64,000 nt of DNA from Gammaproteobacteria bacterium (GTDB lineage Bacteria; Cyanobacteriota; Vampirovibrionia; Vampirovibrionales; JAJTHC01), in assembly GCA_040375445.1 (NCBI GenBank), contig JBEISK010000005.1, forward strand, positions 3,546-67,545, written 5' to 3'. The position numbers were made by a program, and so were the translations under genes. The notes below the pieces were generated by a model. It was given only the letters and a program-made list of their open reading frames with translations, searched no databases and had not been told where the DNA came from. Positions 38,024 through 46,531 of the stretch are shown one piece after another. Numbering within the stretch: position 1 is the stretch's first letter; every line of letters starts with the position of its first letter.

Positions 38024-38125
38024 GTCCCCTCTCCTTGAGGAGAGGGCTAGGGAGAGGGGGGGATTTTTAAAACCCAGCGTTGACATCTACTCCCCACCCC
38101 AACCCTCCCCTTAAAGGGGAGGGAG
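38024..38125. repeat. BoxC-like inverted doublet (family A-related)
   Basis: ccctctccttgaggagagggctagggagagg ... ctccccaccccaaccctccccttaaaggggaggga. Confidence 0.75.
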
Positions 38126-38295
38126 TAAAACCACTTTCGCAGAATCTTCCAAAGAGGTTACAATCCAGTAACAATCATTAAACTTTACTTATGAACTAGA
38201 CGAAGTAAATAAGATACCCTATACTTGTAGTATAAGGTCAATCTTTGGGTAGCTCCGCTACCTATTTCAGTTGAATAATGAGGAGGATCTAGCAT

Positions 38296-38772
38296 ATGAT
38301 GACTAGACTGTCGATTCATGGCCGTAACATCGAATTAACGTCTGCGATTAAAGACGCCCTATTCGAAAAAACGGAACGTGTGTTTTCCCATTTTGACTTT
38401 ATTCAAAGCGTGGATATTCACCTGTCTGTTCAAAAAAACCCCCGAATTAGTGAAGCGCATTCTGCCGAAGCCTTGGTGCATGTCAACGGTGGCATGGTGA
38501 AGGTGGAAGCATCGAGTGAAAATTTGTATGCGTCGATTGATTTATTGATTGACAAAATCATGCGTTCCCTTACCAAGTACAAGTCTAAACATTTAATGAG
38601 ACAAAAATCGGCTCGTAGTCAAGGTGGCGAAACCTTACGAGTACAAGGACTTGATCAAACTGTTTCAGGCTATGAAGAAGATGCCTACCACATTGAGTTA
38701 GAACTGAGTAATGACAATGAAGCCGCCGCCTTTGCGGAAGCGGAAGTGCAAAGCATTCGCTATGCGTCTTAA
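38296..38772 (+). CDS. hpf: Ribosome hibernation promoting factor (HPF/RaiA)
   Basis: GAGGAGG RBS; IHGRNIELTSAIKD, ENLYASIDLLIDKIMRSLTKYKSK. Confidence 0.92.
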   Translation: MMTRLSIHGRNIELTSAIKDALFEKTERVFSHFDFIQSVDIHLSVQKNPRISEAHSAEALVHVNGGMVKVEASSENLYASIDLLIDKIMRSLTKYKSKHLMRQKSARSQGGETLRVQGLDQTVSGYEEDAYHIELELSNDNEAAAFAEAEVQSIRYAS

Positions 38773-38809
38773 CGGTCGTTTGGGTTTGCGACTAGATGAC
38801 TAAATACTT

Positions 38810-38840
38810 AAAGGGATGCTTCGAAAGGGCATCCCTTTTT
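38810..38840. terminator. Bidirectional intrinsic terminator
   Basis: aaagggatgc-ttcgaaagg-gcatccctttt between convergent genes. Confidence 0.75.
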
Positions 38841-38849
38841 GGTTTAGGG

Positions 38850-39494
38850 TTACTTTATCGACCGCTCTTTAAATACATATGAGAGTGCTTGAGACACTGG
38901 GTTAAAAGATTTTCTCGCTAATTTACATAACGGGGATTGCCAAAACGCATTGACGCCTTTTACCATATTGACCACACCAGTTGCTGTATCGACCAATTCT
39001 TTAGTTTCCATATTTTTTTTCAAAGCCGTTACCGCATTACTGAACTGCTGTAAATCAGGGTTCCTCATAGTTGCTCCTGAAAGCAATTCCTGCCCCACAA
39101 TTAAAAGATCTTGCAAGGATTTTTTATCAAGCACATCCTTTTTAATATTATCAATGGTATTTTCCATACTGTGTTGGCACGACTTTAAAGCGGCCATTTC
39201 GTTCATGTTAAAGGCCAACAAACCCAACGTGGCCACTTGTGTGGCAACTAAAAAAGGCAAGCCCCATTTCACATAAGCAGGCACAGGGGCTTCTTTACTT
39301 TCTTCATTACTTTTTTCAATCGAGTTTAACACCGCAAACAAACGAGCGTTCAAAGAGTTTTCATCCCGATGATGCCCTACATCCATCACAGGCTTCACGA
39401 CCGTCGCGGCAGGAGCCTGTGTCGAAGATCCTACTGGTAACGGCGGCAGGCTAGGCGGATATATCATTGAAGGTGAAGCAGGAAGGCTCGCCAT
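38850..39494 (-). CDS. Hypothetical protein, P/S-rich N-terminus and one central TM helix
   Basis: AGGA RBS before MASLPASP; WGLPFLVATQVATLGLLAF hydrophobic segment. Confidence 0.7.
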   Translation of the reverse strand: MASLPASPSMIYPPSLPPLPVGSSTQAPAATVVKPVMDVGHHRDENSLNARLFAVLNSIEKSNEESKEAPVPAYVKWGLPFLVATQVATLGLLAFNMNEMAALKSCQHSMENTIDNIKKDVLDKKSLQDLLIVGQELLSGATMRNPDLQQFSNAVTALKKNMETKELVDTATGVVNMVKGVNAFWQSPLCKLARKSFNPVSQALSYVFKERSIK

Positions 39495-39570
39495 AGATTT
39501 TCCTAACAGAATAAAAGGTTCCATTAGTCAGATAAAACACCCTAAAGCGTAAAAGATGCTAGCTAAACTT

Positions 39571-40554
39571 CTACAATGTGGGTTTCTCAAAATGAGTCGG
39601 GACATCCCACCGTGTGGGAGGCATTGGCTTCGGCAGGCTAGGCTTTAAAGCTTGATACGGCGAAACGATTTTCGCTTCCGTGTAAGGAAACAAGTCCTTC
39701 GAAGGGACAAAACTGCTATAGCAACGGTGTTTTTGACACACGGCGATCGTTACCTGCCCTGTCATTTCGTCCAAGTGAAAACGGGTCACAGGTCGCCCTT
39801 CCGTTTCATCTAGGCGTGCCTTCATCGTATCCACCCAGCCGATCTTGCCTCGCTGCGGATGCCGTGCATTTTCGTGTCGTAAGACGGCGGTCACCTTTGA
39901 AATCCCTTCGGGCGTGGCTTGACTTTCCATAATGGGCAAGACTGCCATGACCTTGCCTCCTTGGGTGACGATGATGAGATCCATTTGCTTGTTGAGTCGC
40001 TTAAGCTGCCCTAAGCTTTCATTTACAGGTGGATTCCCTTTTGAAAGGGACGATTGGGGGGCTTCTCGTAGGTTCACTTTTTGCGATCCGTCATTCCACT
40101 GCCCCAACTTAAATTGATAAATACCCGCCTTTAAGCTCATTTGATGCCATTTAACGGCATAGGGTAAGGTTCCCACAGCATAAGGGGTGTAATTGTTGAA
40201 GGCTTGTTCAGCGAAGGCTTCTAAGTCCACTTCTTCAAAGGGATGCTCCTTCGCATTCCAAAAGGAACGAGGGCCGTCGTCCTTAAAGCCATGCTTATTT
40301 TCGCTAGAACCAGGGTCGTCCCATGCGTTTTTATATCCACGAGATGCCCCCCAATGATCTAACGCCCAAGGGGTGTCGGGTTTGGCAAAAACAGGTTGCA
40401 CCGATTCAAAGCGTTCAGGCGCATGATACGGTTCATAAATGCCTAACGCCCTTACTTCACTTTTTGGGTAGGGTTCGTTTATGGCATGAGCAAAAGAGGT
40501 CGCCGTTGCGAAATAGAAAAAAGTAAAGGCAAATACAAAGGGATTCATGTTCAA
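39571..40554 (-). CDS. Hypothetical secreted protein
   Basis: Hydrophobic N-terminus ending SFAHA; 327 aa, no family recognised. Confidence 0.7.
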   Translation of the reverse strand: MNMNPFVFAFTFFYFATATSFAHAINEPYPKSEVRALGIYEPYHAPERFESVQPVFAKPDTPWALDHWGASRGYKNAWDDPGSSENKHGFKDDGPRSFWNAKEHPFEEVDLEAFAEQAFNNYTPYAVGTLPYAVKWHQMSLKAGIYQFKLGQWNDGSQKVNLREAPQSSLSKGNPPVNESLGQLKRLNKQMDLIIVTQGGKVMAVLPIMESQATPEGISKVTAVLRHENARHPQRGKIGWVDTMKARLDETEGRPVTRFHLDEMTGQVTIAVCQKHRCYSSFVPSKDLFPYTEAKIVSPYQALKPSLPKPMPPTRWDVPTHFEKPTL

Positions 40555-40596
40555 AGAAGTTATCCTTTAAATCATAAAAGCATCCATGCCTTATCA

Positions 40597-41262
40597 TTAA
40601 GTGTTTGGGCGTCCTTGCCTTAACTGTTGAATGGTTTCGCTCATGTTAGGAGCATTAAAAATCGCCGAGCCTGCCACAATCGTGTCGGCTCCTGCGGTTA
40701 ATATCTCGGCGATATTCGTCAATCCCACACCGCCATCCACTTCTAAGTGGATGCGTCTTTCACCAATGAGGGCTTTCGCCTGCTTGATCTTTTCTAAGCT
40801 GTACGGAATAAAAGCTTGTCCCCCAAATCCAGGGTTCACACTCATAATCAAGATTAAATCTAGATCGTCAATGACAGGTTCCAACACAGAAACAGGCGTA
40901 TGCGGATTCAAGGAAACCCCTGCTTTAACGCCTAAAGACTTAATCAACTGCAAAGTACGATGCAAATGCGTGCAAGCTTCCACATGGACGGTGAGAATAT
41001 CCGCCCCTGCCTTGGCAAAGTCGGGGATGAGGGCATCGGGTTTTTCAATCATCAAGTGAACATCCAACGGTAGGGTCGTGACTTGGCGTAAGGCGTGAAC
41101 AACAGGAGCCCCAATGGTCAGGTTCGGTACAAAGTGACCGTCCATCACATCCACATGAATCCAATCGGCTCCAGCGGATTCCAGTGTTTTTAAGGCATCG
41201 CCCAAGTAGGCAAAATCCGCAGAAAGAATGGAAGGGGCAATAAGAACAGGTGATTGAGGCAT
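40597..41262 (-). CDS. rpe: Ribulose-phosphate 3-epimerase
   Basis: IAPSILSADF, HVDVMDGHFVPNLT, DVHLMI, MSVNPGFGGQ, EVDGG, VAGSAIF. Confidence 0.98.
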   Translation of the reverse strand: MPQSPVLIAPSILSADFAYLGDALKTLESAGADWIHVDVMDGHFVPNLTIGAPVVHALRQVTTLPLDVHLMIEKPDALIPDFAKAGADILTVHVEACTHLHRTLQLIKSLGVKAGVSLNPHTPVSVLEPVIDDLDLILIMSVNPGFGGQAFIPYSLEKIKQAKALIGERRIHLEVDGGVGLTNIAEILTAGADTIVAGSAIFNAPNMSETIQQLRQGRPNT

Positions 41263-41337
41263 GACAGTTTCCTTATGCATTTTGAGAAGCATCGTAATCA
41301 TGATACACTAAACAAAGTTCTACAAAAATCTTCTTTG

Positions 41338-41368
41338 TCTTATTCCTCCTCCCTAAGGGAGAGAGGGT
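41338..41368. repeat. Family A-related hairpin fragment
   Basis: gtcttattcctcctccct is the reverse complement of the end of the 51632-51760 element. Confidence 0.55.
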
Positions 41369-41403
41369 AAAGTCTTCTATCAACGAAAGAAATTTATACA
41401 TTG

Positions 41404-42150
41404 ATGATGTCTAAAAAAGGAATCGCCCACTATTACAACATCTTCAAATATGACGTCGCCTTGCCGTTTTTTTCAAAGCAGTTAGCCCCTGCTTTTTTGA
41501 ATCATGTACGGTGGTGGTGGCGACGTTCGACTTGGCAAGTTCACTCTGAAACGCAAGCCTTACTAGATGCTGGCACGCCTGTTATTTTCGCTATTTGGCA
41601 TGGGCAAATGTTTACGCTGGTGCATCCGCAATGGATGAAAGGTGTCAGTGAATCGGATCAAACGTTGCCTCCTTATGTCTTGATTTCTCAAAGTCGGGAC
41701 GGTGATTTTATCGCCAATGTTGCCAAGCATATCGGATTCCCTCACAACATTCGAGGCGCTCACGGTCGTGGCGGGAGCAAAGCCGTGATGGCGATACAAA
41801 ATTTGTTCACCGAAAAGAAGGGGCATCTTATTTGCTTAATGGATGGACCTCGTGGGCCGAAGCATGAAGCGAAAAAGGGCATTGTGAACTTGGCGTTTCA
41901 GCTTGGTGTGCCAATTATTCCTGTCGCTGGGGTTACACCGCACCACTGGTTTAAGTTCTATTCGGCGTGGGACGATTTTGAGATTCCCGATATCGCCTTT
42001 CCCATTCATGTAGACTTAGGCAAGCCGATTTGGATTGAAGCCTCCGCCGATGAGGATGAAGGCGTGTTGGCGAAGGTCAATGAGACGTTGGTGTCTCATT
42101 TAAAGACGACGTTGTTGCGTTGTGGGAAGAATCCTCAAAATAGGCTTTAA
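41404..42150 (+). CDS. DUF374 / lysophospholipid acyltransferase family protein
   Basis: VIFAIWHG, LISQSRDGD, IRGAHGRGG, DGPRGP, GVPIIPV, WDDFEIP. Confidence 0.85.
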   Translation: MMSKKGIAHYYNIFKYDVALPFFSKQLAPAFLNHVRWWWRRSTWQVHSETQALLDAGTPVIFAIWHGQMFTLVHPQWMKGVSESDQTLPPYVLISQSRDGDFIANVAKHIGFPHNIRGAHGRGGSKAVMAIQNLFTEKKGHLICLMDGPRGPKHEAKKGIVNLAFQLGVPIIPVAGVTPHHWFKFYSAWDDFEIPDIAFPIHVDLGKPIWIEASADEDEGVLAKVNETLVSHLKTTLLRCGKNPQNRL

Positions 42151-42163
42151 AACACTATGTGAT

Positions 42164-44266
42164 CTACTCTTCCATGTTAATGGACGCCACTGCCTGCACC
42201 TTCACATCAGGGATGAGTTCGCTGTACGCCAAAACCACCGAATTGGGCAGGTGTCGGTCTAACAGCTCAAACAACGGCAAGCGAATACGAGGCGAGCATA
42301 AGATCACAGGCGGTCTTCCATAATGCTGTTGCACCATGCGAGACGTGTCACTAATGGCTTGAATCAACTGTTGCACCTGCATCGGATTCAACAAGAACAT
42401 GACGCCCAATTCCGTGCGTTGGCAGGCTTCATCCAACACGGTTTCCCATTCGTTAGACAAGGTCGCCGCCAGTAACTGCTTGGTTTTATCCGCATGAGAA
42501 ATACAGATTTGACGACCTAGTGAAGCCCTTAATCGTTCTGAAAGCGTGTCAGATTCTCGGCTAAATCGAGCGTAATCACTCAAGCGTTCAAAAATGAATT
42601 GAATGTCTTTAATCGACACTTTTTCTCGAATGAGGTTGACGAAAATCTTACGTAAGTCATTGGGCGTCAACATATTCGGCACGAGTTCTTGAATGACACT
42701 TGGATCACTACCCCGCATCAGCTCCATGAGCTTAAGTACATCAATTTTCGTCATCACATCATCGACGTATTTAATCACCACCATTTGCAAGTGAGTAATC
42801 ACGGCATCGGTCGATTCAACCGCCACGGTCTGCAATTGTTCAGGAATATCCGCTTGAGCCACCCATAAGGCAGGCACGTTCAAGGCGGAATCCGTGCCTT
42901 GAATGACTTGAGCAGGCTGCGCGACGCCATAGGTGTCAAAATAACTTTGCAAAATCATGTAATAACCAGGGTAAACCTTGCCTGTGGCGACAGGGTTGCC
43001 TCGAATGGAAATGAGGTATTCGTAAGGTTCAATTTCGGTGGAATCCATAATGCGGATGTTGGGTAGAATGAAGCCGAGTTCATCGGTTAAGCGAGTCCGC
43101 AGACCTGCAATTTTACCGAGCAACTGCCCGTCTTGCTCAGGGTCTGCAATTTGAAGGAGGCTTGCCCCCACTTGAAGACTAAGTACATCGACGCCCATTC
43201 GTTCGTACATACGGTTGGGATCAATCATTTGTTGCATGTTTTCTTGCACTTCTTGCAATTCACCCATTTGAGCCTGAACATCGCTGGTGATGAAGACGCT
43301 AAACGCCATGCCCCCTAGAATCATAGCAAACAGGACAAAAGGCCACCAGCTTAAACCTGTAATGGAAGAGGTCACCGCAATAAAGAGCAAGAACATCGCC
43401 GCAAAAATAAGACCATACGGCTTGCCACGAAACTGGGTGAAGAAATCTTTCGCCAAACTGTCGGAAACACTGGTGGTACGCGTCAGTGTAATCCCAATCG
43501 CCACGGACATAATCAAGGCAGGAATCTGTGAAGCCAAGCCGTCACCGATTGTTAGAATCGTGTATTTATTGACGGCTTCCATAATCGGTAAGCCTTTCAT
43601 CAAAACCCCAATGGCAATACCCCCCACGATGTTAATAATTGTGATGATAATCGCCGCAATCGAATCTCCTTTGACGAACTTCATGGCACCATCCATCGAA
43701 CCCAACAGGGACATTTCCCGTTGCAAGTTTTCACGCAATTGCCGTGCTTGATCAGGTCCAATAAAGCCTGCGTTTAAGTCGCCATCGATCTGCATTTGTC
43801 GACCGCCCAAAGAGTCGAGAGCGAATCTCGCCCCAACTTCCGCCACACGTTCCGACCCCTTGGTAATAACCATAAAGTTCACGGTTAAAATGATTAAGAA
43901 CAAAATCGCCCCAACCACCATGTTACCGCCTGTAACGAATTCTCCGAAGGCTTGCACCATCTGCCCCGCATGACCATGTGCCAAAACGGCACGAGTAACC
44001 GCAATCCCCAACGCCAATCGAAACAGGGTAGACACCAAAATCAAAGACGGAATCGCCGCCAAATCCAGAGGTTGCTTAACGTACAAGGACATCATGAGCA
44101 AGACCACGGAAAGGCTGATGTTAAAGGCAATGGAAGCATCCATAAACCAATCAGGCAAAGGCACCAAAATGATCAAAATTAGAATAAGCACGCCAACAAC
44201 CAGCAATATCTCACTAATAGGAGGAATTGCAAAGGCGTTGTTTGGAGGAGCGTCGGACATCATCAT
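42164..44266 (-). CDS. flhA: FHIPEP-family type III export protein FlhA/SctV
   Basis: TLFRLAL, VITKGSERVAEVGARF, DGAMKFVKGD, LTIGDGLASQIP; cytoplasmic domain with LIREKVSIKD and VLAYSEL. Confidence 0.92.
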   Translation of the reverse strand: MMMSDAPPNNAFAIPPISEILLVVGVLILILIILVPLPDWFMDASIAFNISLSVVLLMMSLYVKQPLDLAAIPSLILVSTLFRLALGIAVTRAVLAHGHAGQMVQAFGEFVTGGNMVVGAILFLIILTVNFMVITKGSERVAEVGARFALDSLGGRQMQIDGDLNAGFIGPDQARQLRENLQREMSLLGSMDGAMKFVKGDSIAAIIITIINIVGGIAIGVLMKGLPIMEAVNKYTILTIGDGLASQIPALIMSVAIGITLTRTTSVSDSLAKDFFTQFRGKPYGLIFAAMFLLFIAVTSSITGLSWWPFVLFAMILGGMAFSVFITSDVQAQMGELQEVQENMQQMIDPNRMYERMGVDVLSLQVGASLLQIADPEQDGQLLGKIAGLRTRLTDELGFILPNIRIMDSTEIEPYEYLISIRGNPVATGKVYPGYYMILQSYFDTYGVAQPAQVIQGTDSALNVPALWVAQADIPEQLQTVAVESTDAVITHLQMVVIKYVDDVMTKIDVLKLMELMRGSDPSVIQELVPNMLTPNDLRKIFVNLIREKVSIKDIQFIFERLSDYARFSRESDTLSERLRASLGRQICISHADKTKQLLAATLSNEWETVLDEACQRTELGVMFLLNPMQVQQLIQAISDTSRMVQQHYGRPPVILCSPRIRLPLFELLDRHLPNSVVLAYSELIPDVKVQAVASINMEE

Positions 44267-44346
44267 TTATTTGGATTCTTTACGAGTTTGGCATTTATTC
44301 ATTATAGAGGATGAACATTACATTAGTATAAAGTATGTAGAAAGGT

Positions 44347-45264
44347 TTAATGTTCGTCGAAGGCAGGAGCATCCCACGTTTGGAGGGTAGCATCGCCTTC
44401 AAGCAAGTGATCAAACTCAGCTTCGGCGGAAGATTGCGAGGCGATCGCCACATTCGGCAAGCCTAAAATCTTGCGAATCATGTGAAGTTGCGTGGTAAAC
44501 GTCGCATCAATTTGCCCACCAGACGTTTCTACAATGCAACTACCTAAGTCCACTTCGGCGTCGCCCACCACAATAATATGGCGCTGCACTTCGCCTTGCC
44601 ACGTTTCTTCATGTTCTTTAATATGTTGACGCAAAAATTTCACATCGCTGGGGTGTACTTTAAACACCACTTCTTTCTGGGTGCGATCCACCTTGCCTAA
44701 AACATCAAGAGCGATACCCACGACCAAGGCACGATCGCACGACAATTCCACCTTAATCAAGCGCTGGGCGATCGCCATTGCCATGGGGGCAATGTCTTGC
44801 ACAGATTTTTCAAGCACTTGGCTTTTAATCGTATCCAACTGGTCTAAAATCTGCCAAATCGCTTTGGACGATTCTTCGGCTTCTTTCATGCCTTCGACGT
44901 AACCATTTTGCTTGGCTTCTTCAAAGCCTGCTTGATACCCTTGTGGATGTCCATCCTGATAACCTTTGTTATAACCCGTATCATAAGCGTCTTGATAGAT
45001 GGCTTGCGGGTCTAAAGGGGCTTCATGGTCACTACGGCGACGCTTATAGGTGCTGGGGTCTTGGGGAACTTGTGTTTCTTCCCAAACCAGTTGATTCAAG
45101 AAATCATCGTCTGACGATGTGGGGGCTGTTGGTGAAGACACACCTGCTTGCTGATGAGCCACTTGGGCTAGCCACGGAGGCAACGGCTCCCCTGTGGGAA
45201 GCGTCCCATGACTGGTGGGGTTTTGTGTGGCTTGTTGTGAACGAATCCGTTTAATCAGAGGCAT
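44347..45264 (-). CDS. fliH: FliH/SctL ATPase-regulator
   Basis: GxxxG run (GYNKGYQDGHPQGYQAGFEEA), KVHPSD, GSCIVETSGGQIDA. Confidence 0.9.
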   Translation of the reverse strand: MPLIKRIRSQQATQNPTSHGTLPTGEPLPPWLAQVAHQQAGVSSPTAPTSSDDDFLNQLVWEETQVPQDPSTYKRRRSDHEAPLDPQAIYQDAYDTGYNKGYQDGHPQGYQAGFEEAKQNGYVEGMKEAEESSKAIWQILDQLDTIKSQVLEKSVQDIAPMAMAIAQRLIKVELSCDRALVVGIALDVLGKVDRTQKEVVFKVHPSDVKFLRQHIKEHEETWQGEVQRHIIVVGDAEVDLGSCIVETSGGQIDATFTTQLHMIRKILGLPNVAIASQSSAEAEFDHLLEGDATLQTWDAPAFDEH

Positions 45265-45307
45265 AAGGGGTTTCTCTTTATAGTGGGAGCTTCAGTCGTG
45301 TTGAGAT

Positions 45308-46510
45308 TTAGGCAAGAATGGTATTGTAGTAATTGAATAGGGCTTGTTCGAGTTTCGGCGTCCACTGCGGGATTTGATTATACCCGTTGGAGTGCTTATG
45401 TACAAGTCCTGCTGCCTTAAATAGACGTTGTATTTCAATACGTTCACCTTGCATCAAGTTTTCTAGCACCGTTCGGTTGTCAGGGCGTGCTAAAATATCA
45501 CATAGGGCGTGACGTAGGCGTTTTTCTTGGGCATGGGGATCTTCAGCCACCGCCTTAACGTTGTGTCTAAAGTCATTAAGCTTTTCAAGCACTTCATTCA
45601 TGGGCAGTTCTTGGGCAATATTTTCTACATTCATATAATGAATAATCTGATTACCCACCCCAGAAGGGAACTGATTCAACCATTCATTTTGAAGTGGAGG
45701 GGCTTGCGTCGTTAAAAACAAAGCGAGTGCCGCCAATTTAAGTTGCACATGCTTGGTATTCTGATGAGGTATCGCCACAGGTTCTGGCGGAGGGGCAGGG
45801 GCATACATCGCTTCATAAGACTGAAGGGCTTGAGGCGACGGCATGGTCTGAATAGGCACTTGGCGATTCATGGGTGAAGCTGGAACGTCTTTTTCATCAA
45901 AAAGAGGAGCCTCTTCAAGAGGCAGTTCAGCTTGAGGGGTTTTATTAAATCGATTCGTGGGAGCATCAGGGGGCATGTCTTCTTGCCCAATCGGGCCATG
46001 AATATTTTCATATTCGCCCAAATAATGGTGCAAGGCACTGGCGACCATTTGCTCCATCCAGCTTTCAAGTTGGGCGTCATCAAACTGCAATTCGGGCGTC
46101 GCTTCTTGCCCTACGGTGGCGGAAACAAACTGCTTGGCTTGAAAGAAGGCATCTTTCGCCAAACCTTGCAAAATGACTGATTTAGGCTCGCCTTTTAGAT
46201 TGTGTTCTTGAGCCTTTTCACTGGCATGAATAATTGCATGGGTAAATAGCGACAAAACCTTATAGCAGTGCCCCACATTAAAGGCCAAATAAGGAGCCTT
46301 AGGATCCTGCGGTTGAAACCCTGGTTCTTGCTGAAGTAAGCCCACCGCCACTTGAATAAAGTGAGCCGTAATATCCGCCGAACGTTTAATTTCACTGATA
46401 TTTAAGCCTGAACTACTGAGGGCTTCCGTGACTTTCTCGGCAAACTCCACCGAAAGGGCTTCGGCGTTCATGGAAATAATCAAAGGATCCACAGGGGGAC
46501 GTTTTGCCAT
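45308..46510 (-). CDS. Hypothetical protein in the fliG position, with a FliG-like segment
   Basis: Between fliF and fliH; LKLAALALFLTTQAPPLQNEWLNQFP..QIIHYM resembles one FliG helical repeat. Confidence 0.55.
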   Translation of the reverse strand: MAKRPPVDPLIISMNAEALSVEFAEKVTEALSSSGLNISEIKRSADITAHFIQVAVGLLQQEPGFQPQDPKAPYLAFNVGHCYKVLSLFTHAIIHASEKAQEHNLKGEPKSVILQGLAKDAFFQAKQFVSATVGQEATPELQFDDAQLESWMEQMVASALHHYLGEYENIHGPIGQEDMPPDAPTNRFNKTPQAELPLEEAPLFDEKDVPASPMNRQVPIQTMPSPQALQSYEAMYAPAPPPEPVAIPHQNTKHVQLKLAALALFLTTQAPPLQNEWLNQFPSGVGNQIIHYMNVENIAQELPMNEVLEKLNDFRHNVKAVAEDPHAQEKRLRHALCDILARPDNRTVLENLMQGERIEIQRLFKAAGLVHKHSNGYNQIPQWTPKLEQALFNYYNTILA

Positions 46511-46531
46511 GCGTGAGTCTCCTTGTTTTCC

